Positions 8,734 through 18,177 of a stretch of 32,000 nucleotides of DNA are shown piece by piece (positions within the stretch are counted from its first letter, which is position 1; each line of letters begins with the position of its first letter). The DNA lies in NCBI RefSeq assembly GCF_000007185.1, contig NC_003551.1:960001-992000 (forward strand), written 5' to 3'. The DNA comes from Methanopyrus kandleri AV19 (GTDB lineage Archaea; JAADCQ01; Methanopyri; Methanopyrales; Methanopyraceae). A model generated the notes under the pieces. The model was not told where the DNA came from. It saw nothing but the letters and a program-made list of their open reading frames with translations, and did not search any database. Position numbers and translations under genes: made by a program.

Positions 8734-9945
8734 TTGTCCGGGCTGGGATGGATGAAAGAGAACTGGAGACTACTCGTGATAACCGCCGTGTGGATCGTAG
8801 CAGCGACGTCTCTCGCGGTGAAGGGAGTGAACCTAGGTCTGGAGCTTAAAGGTGGCACGATGGTCATCGCCAAGACGGATCACCCGGTTAGTAAGAAAGA
8901 GATGGATCAGACCGTGACGGTACTCGAGAGTCGTCTCTCTACCTTCGGCTTCAAAGGCATCAAGATCCAGCCAGTCGGGCGCGACCACATCATCGTGATG
9001 CTTCCAGGTACACCGCCCAAAGAGGCGGTCGAGCTCATCACTAAGCCGGGACGTTTCGAAGCCAAGTACAAGGGCAAAACCGTCATCACCGGCCAGGATA
9101 TAGAGTCGGTGGAGTCTCCGAGGATAGAGCGCGTTGAAGGCGGCTACCAGTGGTCGGTCCCGTTCAGGCTGACGGCGGAAGGCGCCCGCAAGTTCGCGGA
9201 GGTAGCCAAGAACGCCCCGGGCCAGCCGATCGACATGTACCTCGACAACAAGAAGGTGTCCAGCCCGCGGATCTCCGAGGACCTGGCCATGGCCGCGGCG
9301 TCCGGTCACATGGAGCGGGAGATCGAGATCGTAGGTGGTGCTAAGACCAAGGAGCAGGCGGAGCGTGAAGCCAAGGAGATCATGGCGGTCCTGCGTTCCG
9401 GTCAGCTGCCGGCGAAGCTCGTTCCGGAAGGTGTTTACTCCGTGTCCGCCACGCTGGGCCAGAACTTCCTCAAGATGGCGATGATCGCCGGAGCGATCGC
9501 GTTCGCGGCGGTGTCGGTAATCATCGCGCTGAGGTACAGGGACATCAGGATCTCGGGTCCGATACTGTTCACGGGATCCTCCGAGGTGGTCTTCCTCATA
9601 GGTCTCGCCTCGCTGACGGGTTTCACGATCGACCTGCCCGCACTGGCGGGAATCATCCTGTCGATAGGTAGCGGCGTGGACGATCTCATAGTGATCACCG
9701 ACGAGATCGTCCGCGGTGAGCGCAGGAAGGAGGAGGTTACACTCCGTCAACGGATCAAGCGGGCCTTCAGCGTGGTACTGGCGTCGTTCGCGACACTGGC
9801 GGCGGCGATGGCGGTATTGTTCGTCGCCGGTATGGGCCTCCTGAAGGGGTTCGCGATAATGACCATCGCCGGAGCGTTTTACGGTGTCGTCATCACCAGA
9901 CCGGTGTACGCAGACCTGCTGAAGAAGATACTCGGAACGGAGTAG
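8734..9945 (+). CDS. secD: Protein-export membrane protein SecD (TTG start)
   Basis: GVNLGLELKGGTMVIAKTD, STFGFKGIKIQPVGRDHIIVMLPG, GSGVDDLIVITDEI, RIKRAFSVVLASFATLAAAM; immediately follows secF. Confidence 0.94.
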   Translation: MSGLGWMKENWRLLVITAVWIVAATSLAVKGVNLGLELKGGTMVIAKTDHPVSKKEMDQTVTVLESRLSTFGFKGIKIQPVGRDHIIVMLPGTPPKEAVELITKPGRFEAKYKGKTVITGQDIESVESPRIERVEGGYQWSVPFRLTAEGARKFAEVAKNAPGQPIDMYLDNKKVSSPRISEDLAMAAASGHMEREIEIVGGAKTKEQAEREAKEIMAVLRSGQLPAKLVPEGVYSVSATLGQNFLKMAMIAGAIAFAAVSVIIALRYRDIRISGPILFTGSSEVVFLIGLASLTGFTIDLPALAGIILSIGSGVDDLIVITDEIVRGERRKEEVTLRQRIKRAFSVVLASFATLAAAMAVLFVAGMGLLKGFAIMTIAGAFYGVVITRPVYADLLKKILGTE

Positions 9946-9970
9946 GGGGGAGGTAGAAACGGACCCGATC

Positions 9971-11443
9971 GTGGACGTGAAGCTGGTGAGCAGTATCCTA
10001 GGAACCGTCGTGAAGGTCGCCGCCGTGCTCCCGCTACTCCCCCTCCCGATTTCGCTACTTTACGGGGAATTAGACTGCATCGCTCCTCTCCTCTTGACTT
10101 CCCTCATCATGCTCGTCTGCGGGGTCGCCCTCGAGCGGATCGCGAGGGTTGAGCGCCACGTTCGTCCGAGACATGCGATAGTTGCCGTGCCCATAATTTG
10201 GCTCGTGATCCCACTCTTCACGTCGCTTCCTTACCGTTTTTGCGAACACATGTCGTGGCTGGACGCTTACTTCGAAAGCATGTCTGGATGGACTACGACA
10301 GGTCTCACCGTGCTCCCGGACATCGACCACGCGCACCGCACCATCCTGTTCTGGAGAAGCCTCGAGCAGTGGGTAGGAGGCCTGGGTATCGTCGTGTCGA
10401 TTATCAGCATCCTCAGGTTCGAAACACCGAGCCTTCTGTACGTCGCCGAGGCCCGCGAGGAACGGATCAGACCGAACGTCGTTAACACAGCGAAAGAGAT
10501 GTGGAAGATCTACATCACGATCACCGCGGTGGGTTTCCTAGCCCTGTGGGCCGCGGGGATGAATCCCTTCGACGCGCTGAACCACTCCATGACCGCGGTT
10601 GCCACCGGAGGGTTCTCCACGCGGTCCGAGAGCGTCACCGCGTGGCACTCACCGACCGTTGAACTCATCACGGTCGTCCTCATGGTGCTCGGTGCCACCA
10701 GCTTCGTCACTCACTACAGGGTGGCCAAGACCTTCCGTACGTCTCCCGCCGAACTTCCGAAGCGGATCATCAAGGCACTTCGACAGTACCTCCAAGATCG
10801 TCAGTTCCTCACCATGATCGGTCTCACCGCCGCCGTCACCGCGTATGCGGGCGCGGTATCCGGCGACCGAGCGTGGGACGTCGTCCGGTACTACGGGTAC
10901 CAGGCGGTGTCCGCCATCACCTGCTGTGGATTCTCCAACGCGGACGTTCTCTCCTTCCCCGAGTACGCCAAGCTGGCTATAACCATCCTCATGATAGTCG
11001 GAGGATCCACGGCCTCTACGGCGGGAGCCATTAAGGTCTTGCGTTTCCTGATCATGGCGGAGGCCGTGAAGGCGGCCATCGCACGTAGGACTCAACCTAT
11101 CCGAGGCGTGGTCGTCCCTCGCATCGGCAGTAGGGTACTCTCCGAGGATGAGATCTCCGACGCGTTCGCGATCGCCTCGGCGTACATGTTCTTCCTGCTC
11201 ATAGGCACGCTGCTGCTCACGGCGTACGGATACCCGCTGGTCGACGCCCTGTTCGAGGTCGCGTCGGCACAGGGCGGCGTCGGGCTGTCCTCGGGGATCA
11301 CGGCGCCCAACGCGCCGGCGTTCGTGAAAATCCTGCTTATCTTCCACATGTGGATAGGCAGGCTGGAGGTTCTGCCGTGCCTAGCGGCCCTCTACTGGCT
11401 GACCTTGATCCTGAAGAGGCTCGCCGTCAAAGGTAGGGACTGA
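9971..11443 (+). CDS. trkH: TrkH/KtrB-type potassium uptake membrane subunit
   Basis: Selectivity-filter loops: SMSGWTTTGLTVLPDIDH, TAVATGGFSTRSESVTAWHS, SAITCCGFSNADVLSF, MIVGGSTASTAGAIKVLR, SAQGGVGLSSG. Confidence 0.93.
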   Translation: MDVKLVSSILGTVVKVAAVLPLLPLPISLLYGELDCIAPLLLTSLIMLVCGVALERIARVERHVRPRHAIVAVPIIWLVIPLFTSLPYRFCEHMSWLDAYFESMSGWTTTGLTVLPDIDHAHRTILFWRSLEQWVGGLGIVVSIISILRFETPSLLYVAEAREERIRPNVVNTAKEMWKIYITITAVGFLALWAAGMNPFDALNHSMTAVATGGFSTRSESVTAWHSPTVELITVVLMVLGATSFVTHYRVAKTFRTSPAELPKRIIKALRQYLQDRQFLTMIGLTAAVTAYAGAVSGDRAWDVVRYYGYQAVSAITCCGFSNADVLSFPEYAKLAITILMIVGGSTASTAGAIKVLRFLIMAEAVKAAIARRTQPIRGVVVPRIGSRVLSEDEISDAFAIASAYMFFLLIGTLLLTAYGYPLVDALFEVASAQGGVGLSSGITAPNAPAFVKILLIFHMWIGRLEVLPCLAALYWLTLILKRLAVKGRD

Positions 11444-11479
11444 TCCCCTCGCCCTCCAGGGTGGGGTTCTCCGGGGGTC

Positions 11480-12157
11480 GTGAGGGGCATGTACGTGGTG
11501 GTCGTGGGGGGCGGACGCGTCGGTAGGATACTGGCCGAGTTGCTGATAGCTCACGGTCACGACGTCGTCGTGATAGAAAAGGATAAAAGGAGAGCCAGGG
11601 AGCTCGCGCAGTCCGAACTGGACGTCCTGGTCGTCCAGGGAGACGCCACCGACCTCGACGTGTTGCAGGACGCCGAGATCGAGACAGCGGACGTCGTCGC
11701 GGCCGTGACCGATAAGGATGAGGTTAACCTCGCCGTGTCCCTGATAGCCAAGGAGGAATTCGGTGTCGAGCGGGTCGTATCCCGCGTGACTGATGACCGG
11801 TTCGTGGACGTATTCCGACGCCTAGGGGTGGATGCAGTCGTAAACCCCGATCGCAGTGCCGCGCAACTCATAGAGAAGGCGATCACGAGGCATAATCTCG
11901 TGGATGTGATTATGTTCGGGCGCGGCGAGGCCGAGCTCTTGGAGTTCGAGGTGACCGAAGACTCTCTGGTATCCGGGAAGAAAATCTCGGAGATCCCGGC
12001 CGACTGCGTGATAGTGGCCATATATCGGGATGACGAGCTGGAGCTACCCCGCGGCGACATGGAAATAAACCCGGGTGATCGGGTCCTCGTGCTCGCGCTA
12101 CGTGACAAGCTCAAGAAGGTCGAGAAACTCTTCAAAGGCCGCGACGAAGGGGAGTGA
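11480..12157 (+). CDS. trkA: TrkA-type NAD-binding potassium transport regulator (TrkA-N plus TrkA-C)
   Basis: Rossmann motif VVVVGGGRVGRILAELL, GDATDLDVLQDAEIETADVVAAVTDKDEVNL; C-terminal TrkA-C-like domain. Confidence 0.93.
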   Translation: MRGMYVVVVGGGRVGRILAELLIAHGHDVVVIEKDKRRARELAQSELDVLVVQGDATDLDVLQDAEIETADVVAAVTDKDEVNLAVSLIAKEEFGVERVVSRVTDDRFVDVFRRLGVDAVVNPDRSAAQLIEKAITRHNLVDVIMFGRGEAELLEFEVTEDSLVSGKKISEIPADCVIVAIYRDDELELPRGDMEINPGDRVLVLALRDKLKKVEKLFKGRDEGE

Positions 12158-12162
12158 CCCAC

Positions 12163-12483
12163 ATGGCGTCCGTTGCTCAGGTTCTAGACCGTATCCGATC
12201 CGCCGAAACCGAGGCGCAGCGCAAGGTCGAGGAGGCTCGTGAGAAGGCCGAGAAGATCGTCGAGGAGGCCGAGAAAGAAGCCGAGGAAATCGTCAGGAAG
12301 GCCCGCGTGGAGGCCGAGGAGGAGGCCGAGAAGATCCTCCAGCAGGCGTTGAAGGAAGCCCGTGAGGAGGCCCGCAAAGTCCGCGAGGAGGGTGAGCGGG
12401 AGATCGAGGAGCTCCGAAGTCAGGCTGAGGAGAGACTGGATGAAGCCGCCGATGCCGTCGTCGGGCTAGTTCTGGGGGAGTGA
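12163..12483 (+). CDS. atpH: A-type ATP synthase subunit H (peripheral stalk); ATG 12163 preferred over the track start at 12154
   Basis: Long charged coiled coil (EAEKIVEEAEKEAEEIVRKARVEAEEEAEKIL) immediately before the I subunit. Confidence 0.85.
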   Translation: MASVAQVLDRIRSAETEAQRKVEEAREKAEKIVEEAEKEAEEIVRKARVEAEEEAEKILQQALKEAREEARKVREEGEREIEELRSQAEERLDEAADAVVGLVLGE

Positions 12484-12486
12484 ATA

Positions 12487-14457
12487 GTGGCCATCGAGCC
12501 GATGCGTGAGGTCTTCGTGTTCTGCCTGGACGAGAAGGTGTCGGACCTACTCAAGCGGGTTCAGCTCGAGGGTTGCCTCCACGTCGAGGATTTCTGGGAG
12601 GCTCACGGCGTCGAGAAGTTCTACGGTGTGAAACGCCCGGAGGTACCTCAGGAACTGATGAAGCTCACCGACGTACTCACACGGCTTGCGAGGATCGAGG
12701 AATCGCTCCGTCGCATCCACGAGGAAGTCCGGTCCACCGGGCTACTCGATGCACTGAAACCCATGTTCAAGGCGGAGCGGCCTGAAACCGTGGAGTTCGA
12801 GCTCAAGCCGACCGAAGAGATCGTAGAGGACGCGAACGAGTTCCTCGAGGAGCTGGAGTCCGAGGCCGGGGAGAAACTGAAGCGACTGAACGAGCTCAAG
12901 GACGAGCTCGAGCGACTCGAGGAGGCGTGTTCCTTCCTGGAATACGTGGAAGAGGACTTCAACGTCTCCCACCTGGGTGAAGGACCGCGCGTGGTCGCTC
13001 GACTCTACACCGTGCGGGCCGACTCCTGGGACGATCTAGTCCAGGAGCTCGACGGCGAACCCGCGTACGTGGGGAAGGTAGGGGAGACCGAAGACGGCGA
13101 TCCCATAGCCGTGATAGCGTTCCCGAAGGGTAGCGGAATAGAGTCCGAAATCCGCAGGCTCGGAGCCATGGAAGAGGAGGTAGTGAACGAGGTCCTCGAG
13201 GATCGTGAAGGTTCCGTTCAGTCGGTCCGCGAGGAGTTGGCTGAGGAGATAGAGGAAGTCAAGGACGAGCTCGAGCGAACGAAGCATGAACTCGCGGAAT
13301 TCTACGAGGAGCGTGGTACGGAGATCCGAGCGTGGGTGGAGCTTCTGGAGAACGAGCGCGAGCTGTTCGACGTGTTACCCAAGCTCGCCATGACCGATAG
13401 GACCTACCTGATCTATGGCTGGGTGCCGGAGGAGGAAGTCGGCAGGTTCAAGGAGGTCGTGAAGGAGGCTACCGATGGACTATGCGAGATAGTAGTGCAC
13501 GAGCCGTCGGACCTCGAGAACATGCCCGTACGCCTACGTAACCCGAGGTTCATCCAGCCTTTCGAAACCCTCGTGGAGATGTTCTCCCTGCCGAAGCCCA
13601 CGGAGATCGATCCTACACCGATAGTGGCGATATTCTTCCCGATATACTTCGGTTTCATCCTGACAGATGCCGCCTACGGGGCCATCCTCACAGCATTGGC
13701 AGCAGCGATCCGTATGGGAGCGGGGCGGGTCGATGAGAGCATCCGGAAATTCTCCGAGATACTGCTGTACGCGGGTATCGTTACGATCATCCTCGGTGCA
13801 CTCACCGGCGGTTACTTCGGGAACCTGTTGGGGATCAAACCGCTGTGGGTAGACCCGATGAAGGACCCGATCACGATACTCATCGTGGCGCTGGGCTTCG
13901 GAGTTCTACATGTCGGTATCGGATTGATGCTCGGAATGTACGTCTCCCTCAGAAAGCAGCGTGACATGAGGTCCTTCATGCTCGACTACCTGTGCTGGTT
14001 CCTGATCCTCCTCGGCGGTCTGCTACTGGCGGTGGCGTACAAGACGGGCGGAATCTACACACCACTCGGATACGCCGGAATCGCCATCGCGGGGCTGGGC
14101 TTCGTCCTCGTACTGGCCGGTCACAAGCTCCTGGGTGTCCTGGACACCATCGGGTTCATGGGTGACATACTATCCTACTCACGACTGCTAGCCGGATGTC
14201 TGTCAACCGCCGGTATCGCGCTGGTGGTCAACCTGCTGGCTAAAATGGTCGAGGGACTCGGTGTAGTGGGGTACGTGATCGCGGGGATCATCCTCATCGG
14301 TGGACACTTGTTCAACATGGCAATGAACGGACTTGGAGCCTTCGTGCACAGCCTACGATTGCACTACGTGGAGTTCTTCAGCAAGTTCTACGAAGGAGGC
14401 GGAAAGCCGTTCGAACCGCTAGAGCTCAAGGGTGAGCACGTAGAAATACGCGCTTGA
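12487..14457 (+). CDS. atpI: A-type ATP synthase subunit I (a-type membrane subunit)
   Basis: 656 aa; long soluble N-terminal half, C-terminal TM half with PTPIVAIFFPIYFGFILTDAAYG, GYFGNLLG, DILSYSRLLAGCLST, YVEFFSKFYEGGGKPFEPL. Confidence 0.95.
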   Translation: MAIEPMREVFVFCLDEKVSDLLKRVQLEGCLHVEDFWEAHGVEKFYGVKRPEVPQELMKLTDVLTRLARIEESLRRIHEEVRSTGLLDALKPMFKAERPETVEFELKPTEEIVEDANEFLEELESEAGEKLKRLNELKDELERLEEACSFLEYVEEDFNVSHLGEGPRVVARLYTVRADSWDDLVQELDGEPAYVGKVGETEDGDPIAVIAFPKGSGIESEIRRLGAMEEEVVNEVLEDREGSVQSVREELAEEIEEVKDELERTKHELAEFYEERGTEIRAWVELLENERELFDVLPKLAMTDRTYLIYGWVPEEEVGRFKEVVKEATDGLCEIVVHEPSDLENMPVRLRNPRFIQPFETLVEMFSLPKPTEIDPTPIVAIFFPIYFGFILTDAAYGAILTALAAAIRMGAGRVDESIRKFSEILLYAGIVTIILGALTGGYFGNLLGIKPLWVDPMKDPITILIVALGFGVLHVGIGLMLGMYVSLRKQRDMRSFMLDYLCWFLILLGGLLLAVAYKTGGIYTPLGYAGIAIAGLGFVLVLAGHKLLGVLDTIGFMGDILSYSRLLAGCLSTAGIALVVNLLAKMVEGLGVVGYVIAGIILIGGHLFNMAMNGLGAFVHSLRLHYVEFFSKFYEGGGKPFEPLELKGEHVEIRA

Positions 14458-14471
14458 GGGGGGAAATCCGG

Positions 14472-17400
14472 ATGGTGAGTACCGAACTCACGATCGCCGC
14501 CATCGGAGCGGGTCTGGCGGCCGGCGTCGCGGGTGTGGGTTCCGGTATTGGTCAGGGTATCGCCGCGGCCGCCGGTGCCGGGGCGGTAGCCGAAGACGAA
14601 GCGACGTTCGGTAAAGCGATCGTGTTCTCGGTGCTCCCGGAGACGCAGGCGATCTACGGACTACTCACCGCGATCCTGATCATGGTCGGAATTGGACTGC
14701 TCGGAGCTGCGAAGGCCGTTACCGTGGGTGCCGCACTAGCGGCCCTGGGTGCGGGTCTCGCCGTGGGACTCGCCGGTATATCCGGTATTGGTCAGGGTAT
14801 CGCCGCGGCCAGCGGAATAGGGGCGGTACTCAAGGATGAAGCCCTCTTCGGTAGAGCCATCGTGTACGCCGTACTACCGGAGACTCAGGCCATTTACGGA
14901 CTGCTAGTGGCGATCATCATCATGGTCGGCTCCGGTCTGCTCGGTGGAGCCGGTGGTAAGGTCTCACTGGGAGCGGGTCTGGCGGCGATGGGTGCCGGAC
15001 TGGCCGTAGGTCTGGCCGGAACGTCTGGTATCGGTCAGGGTATCGCCGCCGCGAGCGGCATTCACGGCGTGCTCCGCAAGGAGGAGCTCTTCGGTAGGCT
15101 GATCGTCTTCTCGGTGTTGCCGGAAACCCAGGCCATCTACGGACTACTCACCGCGATTCTGATCGCTAACTTCGTCGGTCTGTTGGGAGGTCCCACCAGT
15201 GTTTCAGTCGGTGCGGGTCTGGCGGCGATGGGTGCCGGACTGGCCGTAGGTCTGGCCGGAACGTCGGGTATTGGCCAGGGTATCGCCGCAGCCAGCGGAA
15301 TCAAGTCCTTGATCGAGGAGGAAGGAGTGTTCGGCCGGGCAATCGTCTTCTCGGTGTTGCCGGAGACTCAGGCCATTTACGGGCTGCTAGTGGCGATTTT
15401 AACGCTGTTCTCACTACTCAAGCCAGATCTAAGTCTCGCGGCCGGACTCGCGGCTTTAGGAATGGGTCTCGCCGTCGGAATCGCAGGGACTTCAGGAATC
15501 GGTCAGGGTATCGCCGCGGCCAGCGGAATCGCGGGGGTCTTACGTAAGGAGGAGCTCTTCGGTAGGCTGATCGTCTTCTCGGTGTTGCCGGAAACCCAGG
15601 CCATCTACGGACTACTGACCGCGATCCTGGCGATGTTCTTCCTGGGTGCCGGAAAGCCGACACTGGCCGCAGGACTGGCCGCCGTCGGTGCAGGTCTCGC
15701 CGTGGGCTTCGGAGGAACGTCTGGTATCGGTCAGGGTATCGCCGCCGCGAGCGGAATCAGGGCGATGATAGAGCGCGCCGAACTCTTCGTGCGAGGGATG
15801 GTCCTCTCAGTGCTCCCGGAGACGCGAGCGATTTACGGACTGCTGATCGCTATCCTGGCGCTCTTCATGATGAAATCGGGCTCCGTCGGTGCCGGGTTAG
15901 CACTCATCGGAGCCGGTCTGGCAGTGGGTCTCGTGGGTGTTTCGGGAATCGGTCAGGGCTTCACCGCGGCGACGGGTGCCGCCACCCTAGTGAAGAACGA
16001 GGGCTTCTTCGGTCGAGCTATCATCTTCTCAGTACTGCCGGAGACTCAGGCTATCTACGGACTACTGACCGCGATCCTGATCATGATGTTCGCCGGCATA
16101 CTGGGTGGAGCGGGAGCTAACATCGGACTGGGAGCGGGCCTCGCCGCGGTCGGTGCCGGTTTGGCGGTCGGATTAGCGGGTAGCTCCGCGATCGGTCAGG
16201 GTATCGCCGCGGCCGCCGGTGTCGGAGCGTCCGCGGAGAAGGAGGAGCTCTTCGGTAGATCGGTGGTATTCTCGATCCTGCCGGAGACTCAGTCCATCTA
16301 TGGATTACTCATCGGCATCCTGCTAGCGGTGTTCGCGATGAAGGCCGGTTCCCCGGTGGGCGCAGGACTCGCGGCTCTGGGAGCGGGATTGGCCGTCGGA
16401 ATCGCCGGCTTCTCCGGTATCGGTCAGGGTATCGCCGCGGCCGCCGGTATCGGAGCGTTGAAACGGGATCCGGGCTCGTTCGGTCGCTCGCTGATCTTCT
16501 CGATCCTGCCGGAGACGCGATCCATCTACGGACTGCTCGTGGCGATACTGGTGATGGTCGGACTCGGCCTGATGGGAGGTACCTTCAGCGGTAACGAGGC
16601 CGTCGGCCTAGCGGCCCTCGGCGCCGGTCTGGCCATCGGCTTAGCGGGTCTGTCGGGAGTCGGTCAGGGAGTTACGGCCGCCACGGGTATCAGCAACGTG
16701 GTGAAGGACCCCGGAATGTTCGGTCGTTCACTGCTCTTCTCGGTGTTTCCGGAGACGCAGGCGATCTACGGACTGCTGATCGCCATCCTAATCATGATGT
16801 TCGCCGGTATACTCGGCGGCTCCAAGAGCCCGGCCTTGGGTGTGGGACTCGCGGCCCTCGGTGCCGGTATCGCCGTCGGTATGGCCGGTACCTCGGGTAT
16901 CGGTCAGGGTATCTCCGCGGCCGCGGGAGCTCGGGCGACCGCCGAAGATCCCGGTAACTTCGGTCGGTCCATCGTGTTCTCGATCCTGCCGGAGACGCAG
17001 TCCATCTACGGATTGCTAGCGGGAATCTTGGCGCTGACACCGGTGCTGACAGGGGCCGGAGCGCACTTGGCGGCCGCCGCCGGTCTGATCGGTATCGGCG
17101 CCGGTCTCGCCGTCGGAGTGGCCGGTACCTCGGGTATCGGTCAGGGTATCGCGGCTGCGGGAGGTACCGGTGCACTCGCGGAACGTACGGAGATGTTCGC
17201 CAGGTCACTGATCCTGTCCATCTTGCCGGAGACACGATCCATCTACGGACTGCTGATCGCCATCCTGAGCATGTCACTGACGGGAGTACTCGGAGGCGCC
17301 GGCAAGGCGAGCCTGGCCGTAGGTTTCGCAGCCGTCGCCGCCGGAATCGCAGTAGGTTTCGCGGGACTATCTGGAATCGGACAGGGTATCACGGCGGCCC

Positions 17401-17537
17401 GCGGTTCCGCCTCGATGGTGAGACGGGAGCAGGTGTTCGGAAAGTCCCTCGTGTTCTCGGTGCTCCCGGAGACTCAGGCTATCTACGGACTACTGACCGC
17501 GATCCTGATAGTGTTCGCCGCCCTCGCGGCCTCTTAA
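14472..17537 (+). CDS. atpK: A-type ATP synthase subunit K: giant 1021-aa proteolipid with 13 fused hairpin domains
   Basis: Thirteen copies of G-x-S-G/A-I/V-GQG-x(n)-[LF]PET-[QR]-[AS]IYGLL counted in the translation; located between I and E subunit genes. Confidence 0.96.
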   Translation: MVSTELTIAAIGAGLAAGVAGVGSGIGQGIAAAAGAGAVAEDEATFGKAIVFSVLPETQAIYGLLTAILIMVGIGLLGAAKAVTVGAALAALGAGLAVGLAGISGIGQGIAAASGIGAVLKDEALFGRAIVYAVLPETQAIYGLLVAIIIMVGSGLLGGAGGKVSLGAGLAAMGAGLAVGLAGTSGIGQGIAAASGIHGVLRKEELFGRLIVFSVLPETQAIYGLLTAILIANFVGLLGGPTSVSVGAGLAAMGAGLAVGLAGTSGIGQGIAAASGIKSLIEEEGVFGRAIVFSVLPETQAIYGLLVAILTLFSLLKPDLSLAAGLAALGMGLAVGIAGTSGIGQGIAAASGIAGVLRKEELFGRLIVFSVLPETQAIYGLLTAILAMFFLGAGKPTLAAGLAAVGAGLAVGFGGTSGIGQGIAAASGIRAMIERAELFVRGMVLSVLPETRAIYGLLIAILALFMMKSGSVGAGLALIGAGLAVGLVGVSGIGQGFTAATGAATLVKNEGFFGRAIIFSVLPETQAIYGLLTAILIMMFAGILGGAGANIGLGAGLAAVGAGLAVGLAGSSAIGQGIAAAAGVGASAEKEELFGRSVVFSILPETQSIYGLLIGILLAVFAMKAGSPVGAGLAALGAGLAVGIAGFSGIGQGIAAAAGIGALKRDPGSFGRSLIFSILPETRSIYGLLVAILVMVGLGLMGGTFSGNEAVGLAALGAGLAIGLAGLSGVGQGVTAATGISNVVKDPGMFGRSLLFSVFPETQAIYGLLIAILIMMFAGILGGSKSPALGVGLAALGAGIAVGMAGTSGIGQGISAAAGARATAEDPGNFGRSIVFSILPETQSIYGLLAGILALTPVLTGAGAHLAAAAGLIGIGAGLAVGVAGTSGIGQGIAAAGGTGALAERTEMFARSLILSILPETRSIYGLLIAILSMSLTGVLGGAGKASLAVGFAAVAAGIAVGFAGLSGIGQGITAARGSASMVRREQVFGKSLVFSVLPETQAIYGLLTAILIVFAALAAS
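14472..17537 (+). repeat. 13 tandem in-frame coding repeats of roughly 230-240 bp each
   Basis: Recurring GGTATTGGTCAGGGTATCGCCGCG and CTCCCGGAGACxCAGGCxATCTACGGACTACT; a 71-nt exact match between 15078-15148 and 15546-15616. Confidence 0.95.
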
Positions 17538-17571
17538 CCACCATATTCTCAGCTGAGTTGGGGTGTTACAC

Positions 17572-18174
17572 ATGGGCGTAGAGGAGCTCGAGCGTAAGAT
17601 CCTGGAGGATGCCGAGAAGGAGGCCGAAGAGATCCTCGAGGAGGCGAAACGAGACGCGGAACGTATCCGTGAAAAGGCGGAGCGTGAAGCCGAGGAGGTG
17701 CGTCGAGAGATTTTGGACCGTGCTCGGCGTGAGGCTGAGACCCGACGGAGGCGCGAGATAGCGCAGGCCAAGCTGGAGATCCGTCAGGAGAGGCTTCGGG
17801 TTAAGGAGGAGTACATCGAGAAGGCGATCGAGCGGGCCGAGGAGAAGATCAGGGAGCTGGCGGAGGAGGGTCGGAAGGAGTACCTGGAGTTCCTCAAGCG
17901 TTCCGCCATCGAGGCCGTGAACGCGATTTCCTCCGATGAAGTCGTGCTCCGAGCCAACGAGAACGATCTGATGCTGCTGGACGAGATGCTCTCGGAGATC
18001 CGCGACGAGACCGGTAAGGACGTTGAGCTGGGCGAGCCAGTGGAGGCCGTGGGTGGTGTGATCGCGGAGAGTAAGGACGGCTCCGAGGCGTACGACAACA
18101 CCGTCGATGCCCGGCTCCGTCGCCGGCGCTCCGAGATAGTTAGACGGGTCTCGGAGACGCTCTTCGGGGGATAA
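17572..18174 (+). CDS. atpE: A-type ATP synthase subunit E (ATG 17572 preferred; the track starts at 17563)
   Basis: N-terminal coiled coil VEELERKILEDAEKEAEEILEEAKRDAERI; C-terminal GGVIAESKDGSEAYDNTVDARLRRRRSEIVRRVSETLFG. Confidence 0.93.
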   Translation: MGVEELERKILEDAEKEAEEILEEAKRDAERIREKAEREAEEVRREILDRARREAETRRRREIAQAKLEIRQERLRVKEEYIEKAIERAEEKIRELAEEGRKEYLEFLKRSAIEAVNAISSDEVVLRANENDLMLLDEMLSEIRDETGKDVELGEPVEAVGGVIAESKDGSEAYDNTVDARLRRRRSEIVRRVSETLFGG

Positions 18175-18177
18175 CCT

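Noticed and set aside
8833-9750. 305-aa minus-strand ORF opposite secD
   Set aside because: Antisense to a clearly identified SecD; composition (H/R/D-rich) is that of a shadow frame.
10649-11347. 232-aa minus-strand ORF opposite trkH
   Set aside because: Antisense shadow; the plus frame carries all four TrkH filter-loop motifs.
14472-17537. Long tandem repeat array that could be taken for a CRISPR array, satellite or assembly artefact
   Set aside because: The repeats are in one continuous open frame, encode transmembrane hairpins with conserved PET/GQG motifs, diverge unit to unit, and sit between atpI and atpE.
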